A stretch of DNA of 64,000 nucleotides from positions 62,001 to 126,000 of the forward strand of contig QPGO01000065.1 of assembly GCA_008632985.1 (NCBI GenBank), written 5' to 3'. Source of the DNA: Psammoneis japonica (taxonomy: Eukaryota). Numbering within the stretch: the stretch's first letter is position 1; each line of letters starts with the position of its first letter. Shown here piece after piece: positions 13,601 to 25,337 of this stretch. Under the pieces are notes generated by a model, which did not search any database, was not told the origin of the DNA, and saw nothing but the letters and a program-made list of their open reading frames with translations. The position numbers were made by a program, and so were the translations under genes.

Positions 13601-14150
13601 GTTGGAGTTCGCCATCAGCATGTTGTTGGGACAAAAGCAGAAGCTTTGTCCTCCACCGGCTGCATCAATGAAGTGGTGTGCACACAAGAAGCGTCAGAAA
13701 ATGGTGGCTGGCAAGAGGGGATTCTTCGATTTGACCACCTGCGTTGCCGATGACATCGTTTTTTGTCGGTTGACAAACAATCACTGTGTTGCTTTGCATG
13801 GTGGTTGGATCTTCGACTCCAATCATGAATTCGCTCTTCCGGCAAAAGACATTCATTGGTTGAATTGGTGTTTGGGGAATGACACATTTGAAACAGATGC
13901 ACTGGTGGAAGATCCAAAATCAGCAGTGGAGGAAGCAGTTTTTTTTGAAATGCCGAAGGCTGTCCAAACAAGGTTGCGCAAATGCAAGCGGCAAGATGAT
14001 GCAATTGCAGGTCAATTCTTCTTACTTGGCATGGTTGTCGGGGCCAACGATTTCCAGGCATGCAGGCATTTGCGAGTCACCAATGTTTTGCTGACAAGCC
14101 CGGCCTTTTCTGCAGCACACAACAGTTGGCACGTTTGCGGCAGTGTGTGA
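10615..14150 (+). pseudogene. Large cargo protein (frameshift near 12040): acidic N-terminus, GNAT-like acetyltransferase region, C-terminal papain-like cysteine-peptidase-like region
   Basis: ORFs 10615-12054 and 12033-14150. IVDHVRV...NHGLCPFLISLAQ...KQCHCESLGFE resembles GNAT motifs A/B once H/C are reverted to Y. QQGEKDTCVFSSLAS...NHCVALHGGWIFDSN gives a Q-C-H-D arrangement. Confidence 0.5.
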
Positions 14151-15213
14151 GGCTTCCCACCAAGGACATTCATCATGAGCCCCTTAGTTTGAAAACACGT
14201 GCCCACGGGTTGATCCGCAAAATGACTGAGCAATTTATGCATGCCACTCATTTCCTGGTGTGCGTTTAACCAACAGCGGCATCCATCAACAATGCATTGG
14301 CTCACAAGAGGCTTCGTCCACTGATCGTGCTTTTGGACTTTCACGTTGTCCAATGGGGTGGCGCAAAGCAAAGGAAGGAAACGATTCTTGGTCGCTGGCG
14401 TCAGATCACTTCGTTTCACGGGAGCAAACACAAGCAAGCCGCTGCCCCACGCATCTTGCTCTGTCACTTTGAGTTTCTTTAGGACGGTTTGTCGACGCTC
14501 GGCTGTGAGACAAAACTGTGAAGTTGCAGTCTTCCATGTCATGACAATTTGTTTACAATCCATGCCCGTGGAGGTGCCACGATTGGGAAGAGATGATGTC
14601 ATGCTGCAAAACTGATTGCAATGATCGGGTTTTGCCAAAACTGTGCCAGCTTGCAGCCATTTGCCCATGGCAACACAGGCAACAGCATCAACAAAACACA
14701 CATGAAAAATCAAACTTTGATCATGGAAAATCGTACATTCAAAAGTGAACCAATGAGAACCCAATTTTTGTTCAAGGAAAATTTTGTTTCAAATGGGAGG
14801 AAAGAACAATCTTCTTAACACAACAGGTCGACATGGTTGTCAATGTTCATTTTAGAACAACAATGCTTGATTGAAACAATGAAAAATGCAGAAAAGAATG
14901 AAACTGAATGCAACTCAAAAACCGTGCAATGAGAACATGCAACCGTGACTTTGCAATTGTGCCAAACAGATTTGGCTCGTCCCGGACCATCCACAAGTGT
15001 AAAAAGCGATCAGAAGTCGAAAACACAATGACAAATTCATTTCATCAGACACAGGTGTCGGTCGTCAGCCTTGATCTACAAACACATCGAGGGCAAACAC
15101 TTCAACAGAGGGAAACACAACCCCGTCAAGGACAGATGTTGCAACAGCGGGGAACACAGGCAGGTGCATTTGAAATCGAAGTGTGCGTTTGGAAGCCAAC
15201 ATTGTGATCTGAC

Positions 15214-16509
15214 ATGCAGTGGGAAGCTTCTGTGACAAATCCAGGGGAAAAAATAACAGCACCCAATCGTCCATTGGATTGTCCAAGAGACTTTTTCCAT
15301 CCGACGACAGGGGCTGACCCCACAAGACCAGAGGATGCTGCTCTTTTGTGGTCATGCCGAAAGGCACGTCCACAACTTGGTGAGGTGGAGACGGTGCCGC
15401 CCAATGGCAAGAAGATGCTTCAAGAGGTGGCACAAATCCGGTCGTCCCTTCGACAACACGTCATGACTCAACACCTGGAGGGCTGTCGGAAAAATGCAAT
15501 GGACAAGGAAGTGGCAATGCCATCAACAAACACCAATCCCGTCACAACAGAAGACTTCAAAAACATTCTGGCAAGCATGGACAACACAACCGAGAATCAG
15601 CAGCTCGTGCATCAAGTTTTCCATGCCTTTCATCGCAACAGAGGATGGCTGGCTGCTGCCATTGACAAATGGTTCACCGCAAACAACATGAAGCTCATGC
15701 CGCACGCCACGGACGCTTCCAGCAAACCTCGCAAAATGTGCCGCGATGACAGAGGCGGGTTTGCTGTGGTGGCATGCCAAGCCAAATGTCAAATAATTAA
15801 AACGTTTGTGGAGTTTATGCTGCAGAAAGCAGGCTGGTGTGTGGCAACTACAATGCACAAGAGCAACAAGGAGAATGGAGGTAAAACACATGTGGCCATC
15901 CCCGCTGCAACCAATGTGGAAACAACAACCAAAGCAAAGTTTTACGTCGTGTCGATGAAACCAGTGGCGGTGAGTTAGTCGCACATTGTTTGTTTGTCCT
16001 TTTGTTGACAATCTTGTTTGGTTGATGACTTCGTTCCCATTTCCAGTCCTTGACAGCAGGAGGAGAACACCAAAGCATCAAAACAAGTTGCTCAGGGAGC
16101 ACCCAGCAGAGACATTGACATTGCATCCCTTGTGGACCTTGCGAAAACAGCAAGCATGTTGTCAGAACAAATGGGAGCTCCGCTGTCCAAGGAAGATTTG
16201 CTCCAGTCGATTCATGGCAGCATGACAGTCACCAGTTCATCCCAAATGGTCAACGAAGAGATTGTGCTTGATCCGCAACATGAGTCCAAAACTCAGGTGT
16301 CAACACTGACCATGGACACCGCGCTAAATTGCCCATCCGAACCAACGGCAAAGCGGAAGTTAACCGAGAAGGAGAAGGAGGCAGAGCAAATTCCTCGTCG
16401 GGAGCGCAATGATGAACTAGAACCCCTCACCATGGATTTGGATGTCATCGATGGTTGGAATTCCAATGACGAAGAGTTGGCAGAAATGGTGTCACAGGTG
16501 ACCATGTGA
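15214..16509 (+). pseudogene. Spliced cargo gene of unknown function
   Basis: ORF 15214-15978 ends within a GTGAGT donor at 15970; a pyrimidine tract and TTGACAG acceptor follow at about 16056; coding-like sequence resumes in ORF 16132-16509. Confidence 0.4.
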
Positions 16510-16745
16510 TTTGGTGGTCCAATTGCTGTGGTGTTGGATGGCTCTAACCAACTTCCGCTTTGATGCCTTGTTTGGCTTGTCAGACACAGTTGTCTGGGTC
16601 CCCTTGTTGCAGGACGGAACAAGAGCCCAGGAACGCTCCAGCGGCAAGAAAAATGCATTGTGTCGTGCGGCTGAATTGCACGTTGCTCACACCACTGTTC
16701 TTCATGCGAAAGGTTGATGAGATGGACGAGCCAGCTGGTGCAAAA

Positions 16746-17280
16746 GAAAAGGTGAGAGCATTGTCGGTGCTCCAGCTGTCAATTTGGACTGTTGCTCTAA
16801 CAGCTCTTTGGCCTCATTGGGTTGCTGGATGCCACACCAAACCATCCCAGACAGTTGAAACACTGGAGTGAGCACAAAAAAAACAAGTGAGTGAACAGAG
16901 TTCTGAGGCAGAGCGCGACACATGGATTGGATCAACCAATCACACTGCTCCTGCTGTTCTTTATGACCAGGCAAATGAGGTGGTTGACAGTGGCAACAAT
17001 GAAAAGGTGAGAGCAATGTCGGTGCTCCAGTTGCAAATGAAACAGTTGCTCTGACCACTTTGGGGCGTCATTGCTGGATGCCAGACTCAACCATCCCCAG
17101 TTGCTGAAATGCCAGAGAGAGCACCACAGAAGACGGTAAGATCGCATTGTCTTGCAGCCAACTGTGCAATTCATCAGACACGTCTCACACAGCCATTGTT
17201 GTTTGCAATGAAAAAGGTCAAAGAGACAATGGCAAATGGCGCAAATGAAAAGGTGAGAGCATTGTTGGTGCTCCGGATTG
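16746..17280 (+). repeat. Degenerate ~250-bp repeat, three copies of a GAAAAGGTGAGAGCA(T/A)TGT(C/T)GGTGCTCC core
   Basis: Core starts at 16746, 17001 and 17247. Confidence 0.7.
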
Positions 17281-18104
17281 CCATTGAGAAGTTGATCTAA
17301 CGGCATTCAATGTGTGTCATGATGGCATTTCTTTTGCAGACTCAACCAGCCAACCACTCTAAACCATTGTTAAATCCATTGCAAAACAAAGCGGTGAGAA
17401 TGCATGATGAAGTCGTGCGGATTGTGCCAAGTGTCTTGGAAACATCACCTCTCACTTTGTTGTTTGTTTGCAACAAAGACAAAGACAGCAAATGACAAAC
17501 GCACACACAAAACTGCAACACTCGTTGTGGCTCAAGTGGATCAAACAACTGCTTGCAATTCGCAGGTGTGGAGCAAACGTCATTGTTGATTTGGCATGCC
17601 TGTTGTTGTGTTGTCTTGTTCACGCACGCAAACCAATTGTGTTTGTTTGTTTGTGTTTGCAGTGCAAGTGCGAGGAGGCTCACTTGTTCCATGCCTTGGT
17701 CCATCAAGATGACTGGAAAACATTTTGCTCAAGCGCACTTCAAAACCAACCCACTGTTCCCTGCAAAGTGCTGTGGCGAAAAGTGTGATGTTGTTTTTGG
17801 ATCAAGCAGTTACAAGGTTGGACAAAGAAAGGCAGTTTGGGTTTGCATGAATGCATTGAATGGTTCTTGCAATTGCAGGTTTGCATTGTGTGTGCAGTGT
17901 TGTCAAAAGACCATGTCAGCTGCATCTAACAAACGGCGCCGAAGGACAACCCGAAACAACAACAACAAATGACAAGGCAGCGCAACACATGCGCACGATG
18001 CAACACAACATGTGATTGCTTGGGATTGATTTCACCGGCACAGTCAGGGTTTGGCGGATGTGTTTGTCAACAGAGTCAATCGAAGCACAGCTTCGTAAAT
18101 GACA

Positions 18105-18547
18105 GTCATTCAGAGCATCAGCAAATTTGTTCATAGTTGTGATCTGTTTAAATGGAGAGGCTGTCGTCGTCCGTTGTTTATTCAGAGCTTTGCTCTAGTT
18201 AAATGTCCGTTGTTTATTCAGAGCTTTGCTCTAATTAAATGGAGATTCCACGGGCATCCAAACATCATTCAGAGTCGTGCTCTGATTGAATGGACACAAT
18301 CACAGCAGCGCTCTGAATGTCAGCACAATGCTCTAATTTACAAATTAATGCTCTGAATACAATGCTCTAAATAAAATTCTATGGCTCCGAATAACCAAAT
18401 TTACTGATTGTGCTCTGCGTGGGCGTTATCGCCTTAATTAACTCTTATTTGCTCTGAATGTCCCACATTGTGTCGGGATAATTTAAATAAAGCGTTGCTC
18501 AGAATAAAATATTCGGAGCATAAATGAAGAGAATCTCATCTGCAGTG
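18105..18547. repeat. Right subterminal repeat region (many GCTCT(G/A)A and TCAGAGC motifs in both orientations) and right TIR
   Basis: More than ten copies of the short motif; the same motif occurs at about 778-835. Typical of CACTA subterminal regions. Confidence 0.75.
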
Positions 18548-18673
18548 AAAGCTGGAAGCAACGCGTTCGAGAACTACGATTCACACAAAAAACTTGAAAC
18601 TTGAAAATCAACAACGACAGAAAAGCACTGACAAACAACAGAAAAACCAAGACTCTCAGTCGTACGGCAGACA

Positions 18674-19692
18674 ATGGCCAAGCACTGGGCGAGGCGATAC
18701 AGACTCACAGAGGCGAAGGAAGAAAAAGAGGCGGAGGCCACTGCAGCTGAAGCTGCTGAAGCTGCGGTCGATGCTGCGGTCGATGCTGCTGAAGCTGCGG
18801 TCGATGCTCACTACGGAAACTCTCATACCCCGCTGGTGGTGGGCGGCCTCAGTTTTTGCCGCTCTTCGCTCCTCAGCCGGCAATCGCCGTTCATGACGGA
18901 TGTTATCCATGCCACGCTGGTGGTGTGCGGCCTCCAGCTTTGCCGTTCTACGCTCATCAGCCGCCACTGAACAATCATGTGGCCAATGACCGTGAGAAAG
19001 CTGTGCACTCGAAGCTATTTGAGGAGAGTGAAACGTTGCAGTTTGGGGAAATCGACGGACTATTGAAAACGCTTGGTGAAGTAAAAGGGTTGACCAGCTT
19101 TGTGCATAGCTTGTTGGACTCCGAGGCTGACCTTTCCATTTATCTTGTGGGAACTCACGTGGATCTTTCTGGAGGAGGCATTCGATGCCCCGCAGTGGAT
19201 TTGATTTTGATTCGAAAACCGCATCGTCTTGATAATTGTCTCACAGAGATTGTCGATTCGGACGCTCAGAATGTAAATCACCCGTTTGCAACTATGGGTA
19301 TGGAATGGTACGATGTCAAGACAACCTTGGAGGAGTACCAAGGACGAATCAAAATTTTGCGTGCGTTGGAGAAATTGGAAGAGTTGCCGGTGAATTGCGT
19401 CCCAAAATGGAAAGACAGCAACAGCAATTTCATGCTTGCACCCAGCGTAAATGCAGCGGGAATTGAAACCGTTCTTCGTTTTATTGACACGCACGGCTTT
19501 TTTGTCGACAGCAAGCTACTTCTGGAATCCCTTCAGAATGGTGTAAATCGACACCTGTATCCAGTGTTTGGTGTCTGGTTGAACGGTGTCTTTCATCAAA
19601 GTGGCGAGCTACCTGTTGCAAGCCACACGAGGACGTCCGAGAACCAAAATGCTGTGCGACCTAAGGGGAAAGGTGGCGATAATGGCCCATAA
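18674..19692 (+). pseudogene. Frameshifted/chimeric paralogue of the 42051-43324 gene
   Basis: Shares 5' context AGTCGTACGGCAGACAATGGCCAAG and two of the 84-bp Pro-rich units. The ATG frame (18674) and the repeat frame (ORF 18856-19692) differ by a 1-nt deletion near 18822; the 3' part is unrelated. Confidence 0.65.
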
Positions 19693-19930
19693 GTCTAGAA
19701 ATACCAATAACACCATTATAAACGACACAAGTCTGATGGATTTTGACAGCATCCTAAGTGGCAACAATACGGTAGCGAGGCTAGGGTCTATTAGTTGTGC
19801 TGCAACAGTATACCGTACGACAGTTGGTTCGAAATACTCCTAGTGCACAAAAGCAACACCTCATGTAACGGTATTAAAAGTATTATCAAATGCTAGCTGC
19901 AGTGACATTTATCTCAGCCGCGCGGCGTCA

Positions 19931-22560
19931 TCATCGGTGTGAAGTCAAAGCTGTAACGGCCTTGCATAAAGCCTCGCCAAACTCAAAGGCTTCTTTCACT
20001 GATCGACGAGGAAGCTTGATAAAGTACAGAGGGTGCAAGTTGAAACAGCATACGCACGATCTTTGAGTCGTCGTTTGTTTGTTGCCGCCTTTAAAGATTC
20101 TCATGAAGAAAGGGACTTCATGTGGTGAGCAAGAACCGTCGCGGTGCGACTTTCTGGGTGGACAAAAGGACCTAGCCGCTTTGAAGTCTGCCCCAAACGA
20201 TGCATCTCTATTCGTGTGCTGTGATACTCTAAGTGACGGGCACATGTTGCGTAACAAAGATTGTATGCTATGATTAGCGACGGATAAAGAGAAGTGAAAT
20301 CACACATGACAACCGGATCGTGGTAAACTCCGGACTCGGGCTCGAGAGTAAGTGCCTGGCACTCAAGTGCTTCTTGTCGCCCTGTGTCTTCCCCCGAGGG
20401 CGAAAAGAAAAAGTAACAACTGTCGTCCTTTTGCTACCCTCGCCGTTGTTACGCGTAGCACTGCGTATTTCGGCTGCAAGCTTTCTTCTGAGCTTCCACG
20501 CGTCATGGGTCTGGGACATACTCTAGCTGCTCAAACAGGAAACAGGATCAGTTCCAATGCTTTTGTCATTATTTGAGAACGGATCGATCTGTTCACCTTT
20601 TTTCGGCCCTCTTTCATCTCACTGTATACTTTGTAAAGCTCGAAGTAGAACGCCTTCAACTTTGTACTGACTGCCACGTATACCCGGGAAACTTTGTGAA
20701 AATTCGACTCCACTCAACCTTGCAGCCTCATCTGCTATACCAATAACATACAACGCGTCAAGAAGAAGGAGGCACGCAAATTCTCGACAAAGGCGGAGCT
20801 GCAGGGCTATCCACCTGTCTCTTCAATGGTCGCCACCGTACCACGCCGAGAGGACCCAATCATCGTGGTACGGAATTCATTTGTTTAGAAAAGTAGCAAC
20901 CATCGCCGGTAAGTAGGAAGCATTGGGATGTTTAAGGCAACAATCTTCCATCCACAAACTACCAGCCTTCCCGCAATGGAAGTCGCCGCATCACCCGGGC
21001 CAACTCTCACTTCCAAGGCCACTGCCGGCTTATTGATGATCCCATCTGGTCGATTCGCCTTTTGACACTATTGTAGCACTTGGCTGTTCATCCTTAAAAA
21101 CATCTTTCCTGACGGTGCTTGGTTTTGCTCGTAGAGTTCGACCCAGGAGACGTACCATATCCACCCCTGAAGAGTTAGTGGCCGTCGTGTCGCTTATCGC
21201 CAAGGAATATTTCCCTTGTTTCCCTAGTAATGCGCCACGTTCAAGTATAAGGCATACATCCCAAAGCCCACCTTTAGTATCCCAATCTGACGATTGAAGC
21301 GAGCCTCAGGAGAAGATGACGTTCATTACGAACAGGACATCCGAAGCTTTTACAAATGATTTTTGGAGCATGATTGTTACCATTCTCTTTTCGTTCAGCA
21401 ACATCAATGGCCTCTCCATCTCCGGGATCTCCCTTCAAACGTATACCGATGCAAATATTCTGTCTCTCTCTGAGATTGGCTTCATTGCGATCTCTTTCGA
21501 CTCGCTGATTCCAGTTTTACTGGTCCGGCACTTAGCATGGATTTCAATGGACATTATCGAGAGACACATCGGAAGATCGAAGAAAAATGATAGCTTTTTC
21601 ACTGCAGAACATGCTGAAAGTTGAGGGCGAACACCAACCAGACCTGTGTTCATTGCGTTGCAGCTTTCAATCCTCAGCCACCTTCGACGTAAATGCGTCC
21701 ACCAATCTATCCTATGCCATCTAATGCCTGCGGTGTCTCTTCGACATGCAATTGAGACATGGTAAGGGTTTGTAGGGCACAATCAGCGTGCCTCCTTTGA
21801 TTACTTTGGTTCGAATAAAGTGGCCGTTGCTATGAAGTTGTTCGTGATTGCCCTCTCGCAGTTTCGTCAGTGATGCCAGAGCCTCCAGTCTCCCGTTAAT
21901 CAACTTGCAACGTTCAATGTTGAACTTTGTCTTTGCGGCATATCCTGTAGGCCGCGCCCACGTCTTGGTTCGTTCCTGCTCTTTGGTTTCCACCTCGTCA
22001 TTACTACTTGTCCGTAGTGCAAAGACCACACCGGTACATACGCTGAAAGAGATTCCCCAAGTTCAGCCAGAGCGATGTGGACGTCAGAAAGCTACTAAAA
22101 GCACAGTCATTGTAGGGTCCGATATCATCATGCTTCTAAGGGAATCTGGTAACTTCGCATTGTGAAATAACGCTTAAAAACGACGGACCACTCTGCAAGT
22201 AATCTTGATGGTCTTGACGCACAACTTTTGATAGCATTTGAAATACCCCCTTCTCAGTAACAGTCCAGCAGTCATCATTGGTAGAATCCGAGTCCAAGAG
22301 AGGTCCAAATTCCGACTCCCCCGTTTGTTCAAGAGACGGAAAGGGCTTGATTTGAGTAACTTAAACGCCTTCGATTTCCATGTGTTGTTCTGCAAGGTTA
22401 TCTTTTTGAGAAACAAAATCATCTTAACTGACGTGAAAGGGCTCCCATCAATGGCGACTCCCGAAAACCGATGGGATAGAGTAGATTTAAAATCTGGACC
22501 CTTACCTCTCGATTCGTCTTCTCCCCAAGGAGAGGCAGCTTCTCTGGTTTCCGACGCCAT
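19931..22560 (-). pseudogene. REV3: Decayed DNA polymerase zeta catalytic subunit (family B), many indels
   Basis: Collinear fragments on the minus strand: LSIMSIEIHAKCR (~21550), ERHLLLRLASIVR (~21300), EAARLSGVEFSQSFPGIRGSQYKVEGVLLRAL (~20640-20730), ALECQALTLEPES/YHDPVVMCDFTSLYPSLIIAYNLCYAT (~20245-20370), FIKLPRRSVKEAFEFGEALCKAVT (~19950-20025). The YGDTDS region appears deleted. Confidence 0.85.
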
Positions 22561-22807
22561 GATGCTTGGAGTGCATGGTATTTTGATGTCATCATATGGC
22601 GTTCAACTTCGACCGATTATTCCAACTTTTTTGTTTCGAAAGCCCATAGACATACCATATGCAAAAACGGCTCTGGCACAAAGTATATAATCAATAGCGG
22701 CATTTCTACTTGAACAAAAACAACCCCATATTTCCACTGTTGCCTCCCGCATCACCAGTACTTTCGTTTGTCGAGACAGCACACCGAGCGTTTGCTTCCT
22801 GGGGCGT

Positions 22808-23080
22808 ATGATATGGATGTACACCGACCGTTGTCTTTATGGGAATCATGGCGTTTGCTCGGGAGAGTGTTTCCAAGCCGACTTTGGCCTCGGCTAGAGT
22901 GGAAGACGGCGAGAGCATGGCCACAATGTTGGATTCTTTTACAGCGTCTTGTTGTAAAATATCAAAAGCGGATTTTTCGTCGTCGTGCGGTTCTGACTGA
23001 AAAGAAATGAGATCTTCATGCCACAAGTTGCAGTCCACGTCAATCAACCGGGGTGATGGGGATGGCTGGATTGCTGACAT
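22808..23080 (-). pseudogene. N-terminal fragment of a TatD-family nuclease
   Basis: LIDVDCNL...IKTTVGVHPYH match TatD N-terminal motifs; similarity ends right after GVHPYH. Confidence 0.65.
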
Positions 23081-23314
23081 GATGGTGTGAGCATGAATAA
23101 TTCTACCAATGCGGTGTCTCGTCGTAGTACTCGATATCAGCCTTGTGGAACCAGTTGCTGCAGTCAATGTTGGCACAAAGGAGAGTCTCATTGGCAAGAA
23201 GCGAATTACCAGCAGCGCAACAACAGCTTAGCTCTGTACCCCCCTTTAATAGTAGATCAGTGAACAGCAGATGCCGCTTGCGTACATTGAAGATGATAAT
23301 AAGGAAGAGCGTCA

Positions 23315-23675
23315 TGGCGGACACCACCGCGACCGCGACAGCCGACAGAACACAGCACAGCGCACAGCCACAGACAGATGAGGCCGCGTGCGCATTCGAG
23401 TAAATCTAGCTGCCGAATAGGCTCAGCCACTCACAGTCTTAGTACGATAACGCGAATACAACCGATAAGATGCTTCTAGGCCTGTTACAACTACAACGGA
23501 TGCAACAAGCCTAGAAGCATCTTATCGGTTGTATTCGCGTTATCGTACTAAGACTGTGAGTGGCTGAGCCTATTCGGCAGCTAGATTTACTCGAATGCGC
23601 ACGCGGCCTCATCTGTCTGTGGCTGTGCGCTGTGCTGTGTTCTGTCGGCTGTCGCGGTCGCGGTGGTGTCCGCCA
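23315..23675. repeat. Perfect 167-bp inverted repeat with 27-bp spacer, ending at the N (23676)
   Basis: Arms 23315-23481 and 23509-23675 are reverse complements. Confidence 0.95.
23397..23509 (-). repeat. Unmutated partial LTR (3' 113 bp) of the neighbouring copia family
   Basis: Revcomp aligns without gaps to 29893-30005 with 9 substitutions. Confidence 0.9.
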
Positions 23676-23870
23676 NCGAATGCCGGTCGATCGAAGGGTG
23701 TATGATGATTATCATCGCCTGGCATCAGTGAATGCACGAGCAGTGAGGAGACATGGCGCCAGTCTCCATGCTTCTAATGGCCATGTGTTGTCGTCAACAC
23801 AAACTGAGACATCCTTTTGAATTTATGATTTCTCACATAACTCTGTTTTCCTGCTGGCACAGGTACCACC

Positions 23871-25298
23871 ATGGCGGCTGCTCCTCCGGATCCTATCGAG
23901 ACAGTGCTCGAATGGATCGGATTTGTTGATCCAGCTCAACGAGTCCCGCTCATGGCGGACTTTGCGTCTTTTGACGATTTAGAAGACCTCAAGGAAGAGG
24001 ATGTCGATTCTCTTGCGTCTTCGTACACTAGGAGGACGGTTGCTGAAGGGCGCATTCATTTTGGTTTGGCCCGTAGTCGTCGACTCAAAGCTCTTGCACA
24101 TTGGGTTCAGGACTTTGGTCGCGTGAGCGAGAATCCTGCTCTGGATGGGCTTGATCAAGCCACTTTCCGTGCTGCTCTCCAGATGGCACTTAGTCGCACC
24201 GAGATCCGCTCCCAGACCAAGGCCACTGCTGACTCTTTTGGTAAAGAGGCGTCACCCGGAATGTCAGAGAGCGAAAAGAATTGGGTCAAGTGGAGCACCG
24301 GTTTGACGAATGTGCTTGGCATTGTGCTGGGAGTTTCTGGCGCGCCGTTGGCACATTGCATTCGTCAAAACGATGCACCCGAACCTCAAGGCCACAACAC
24401 TTTCGTCCAGAAGTGCGTTGCATGTGCACCCCTCCAAGGCCCAGCTTTCGAGGCTGATGCTCGTACGGTTCATCTGCTCATCGAGTCCCTGACCACGGGC
24501 ACACCCAGTGAGCAATGGTTGAAGGACCACAAGAATGAACAGAACGGACGAGTTGACTTTAGGGCGTTGTGCGACCATCACCAGGGAGAAGGTAACACCT
24601 CCCGCCGCATCTCTGAAGCCGAGCGCATGGAGAATGCCCTTCATCACAAGAGTGAGCGCGCTGTGCCGTTTGAGTCGTTTGTAAATGAGCTCCAAGAAAT
24701 GTTCAACATTTTTGACAAGAACGACGAACCAAAAACGGAGGCCCAGAAGTCACGGATCCTTTTTGAGAAGACGCAGCACCAATCACTGCAAGCAGTGGTT
24801 GAAACCTTGAAGGTGCAGAATGAGTTTGGAGGAGGCATCACGTTCACCACGGCGGCCAATCATCTTGCCGCCAAAGTCGCCACCCTTCCAGAGATGATTG
24901 CGCATCATCGTGCGATTGCCGCAGTTGCCTCTGGAGGAGGAAGAGAGGGTGGCACCATTTACAATGAGGATGGATCCATCAACACTGGACACCACAAAAA
25001 CTGGCACCAGCTGAGCAAGGAGGACAAACAGAAGGTTGTCGACGAGCGCGTGCGTCCAGGTGTCGCCAAACAACCTGAACCAACCAAACGTCATGCTGCA
25101 TCCGTCAAGTCGCTCAAGAAGAAGAATCGGAAGCTGTCGTTGCAGCTCAAAGAAGCGAACCGCAAAATCTCCGCCCTGAACACTAATGTCAGTGCCGATT
25201 CTGGCGATGATGAATCAAGGGCTGGTGGTGGAGACGGAGATGATGCCGGAGACGCATTCGGTGGTCGCAGCGAAAAGCGCCAAGGAAAGCAGAAATGA
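23871..25298 (+). CDS. gag: Gag-like protein of the CoDi element (open but mutated)
   Basis: 475-aa ORF upstream of pol with CoDi-like GVSGAPLAHCIR and NGRVDFRALCDHHQGEG segments. Confidence 0.85.
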   Translation: MAAAPPDPIETVLEWIGFVDPAQRVPLMADFASFDDLEDLKEEDVDSLASSYTRRTVAEGRIHFGLARSRRLKALAHWVQDFGRVSENPALDGLDQATFRAALQMALSRTEIRSQTKATADSFGKEASPGMSESEKNWVKWSTGLTNVLGIVLGVSGAPLAHCIRQNDAPEPQGHNTFVQKCVACAPLQGPAFEADARTVHLLIESLTTGTPSEQWLKDHKNEQNGRVDFRALCDHHQGEGNTSRRISEAERMENALHHKSERAVPFESFVNELQEMFNIFDKNDEPKTEAQKSRILFEKTQHQSLQAVVETLKVQNEFGGGITFTTAANHLAAKVATLPEMIAHHRAIAAVASGGGREGGTIYNEDGSINTGHHKNWHQLSKEDKQKVVDERVRPGVAKQPEPTKRHAASVKSLKKKNRKLSLQLKEANRKISALNTNVSADSGDDESRAGGGDGDDAGDAFGGRSEKRQGKQK

Positions 25299-25337
25299 CT
25301 GCTGAGCTGGACCCTGCTTGGTTGCATCATAAACTTC

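Larger units (their letters stand above)
761..18547 (+). mobile_element. Large CACTA/CMC (EnSpm/Plavaka-related) DNA transposon with cargo ORFs, hypermutated
   Basis: Imperfect 20-bp TIRs beginning CACTG (761-780 CACTGCAAATGAGAATCACT versus revcomp of 18528-18547 CACTGCAGATGAGATTCTCT, 17/20). Subterminal GCTCT(G/A)A repeats at both ends, AA on both flanks (possible 2-bp TSD), and a CMC-like transposase just inside the left end. Confidence 0.75.

Noticed and set aside
23397..23509. Classical RIP (CpA>TpA) acting on the TA-rich LTR copy
   Set aside because: Conserved protein motifs show TA is ancestral and the TA-poor state is derived.
23720..23728. TGGCATCAG as a mutated tRNA-Met primer-binding site (TGGTATCAG)
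   Set aside because: Short match, not adjacent to a visible LTR end, and next to an assembly gap.
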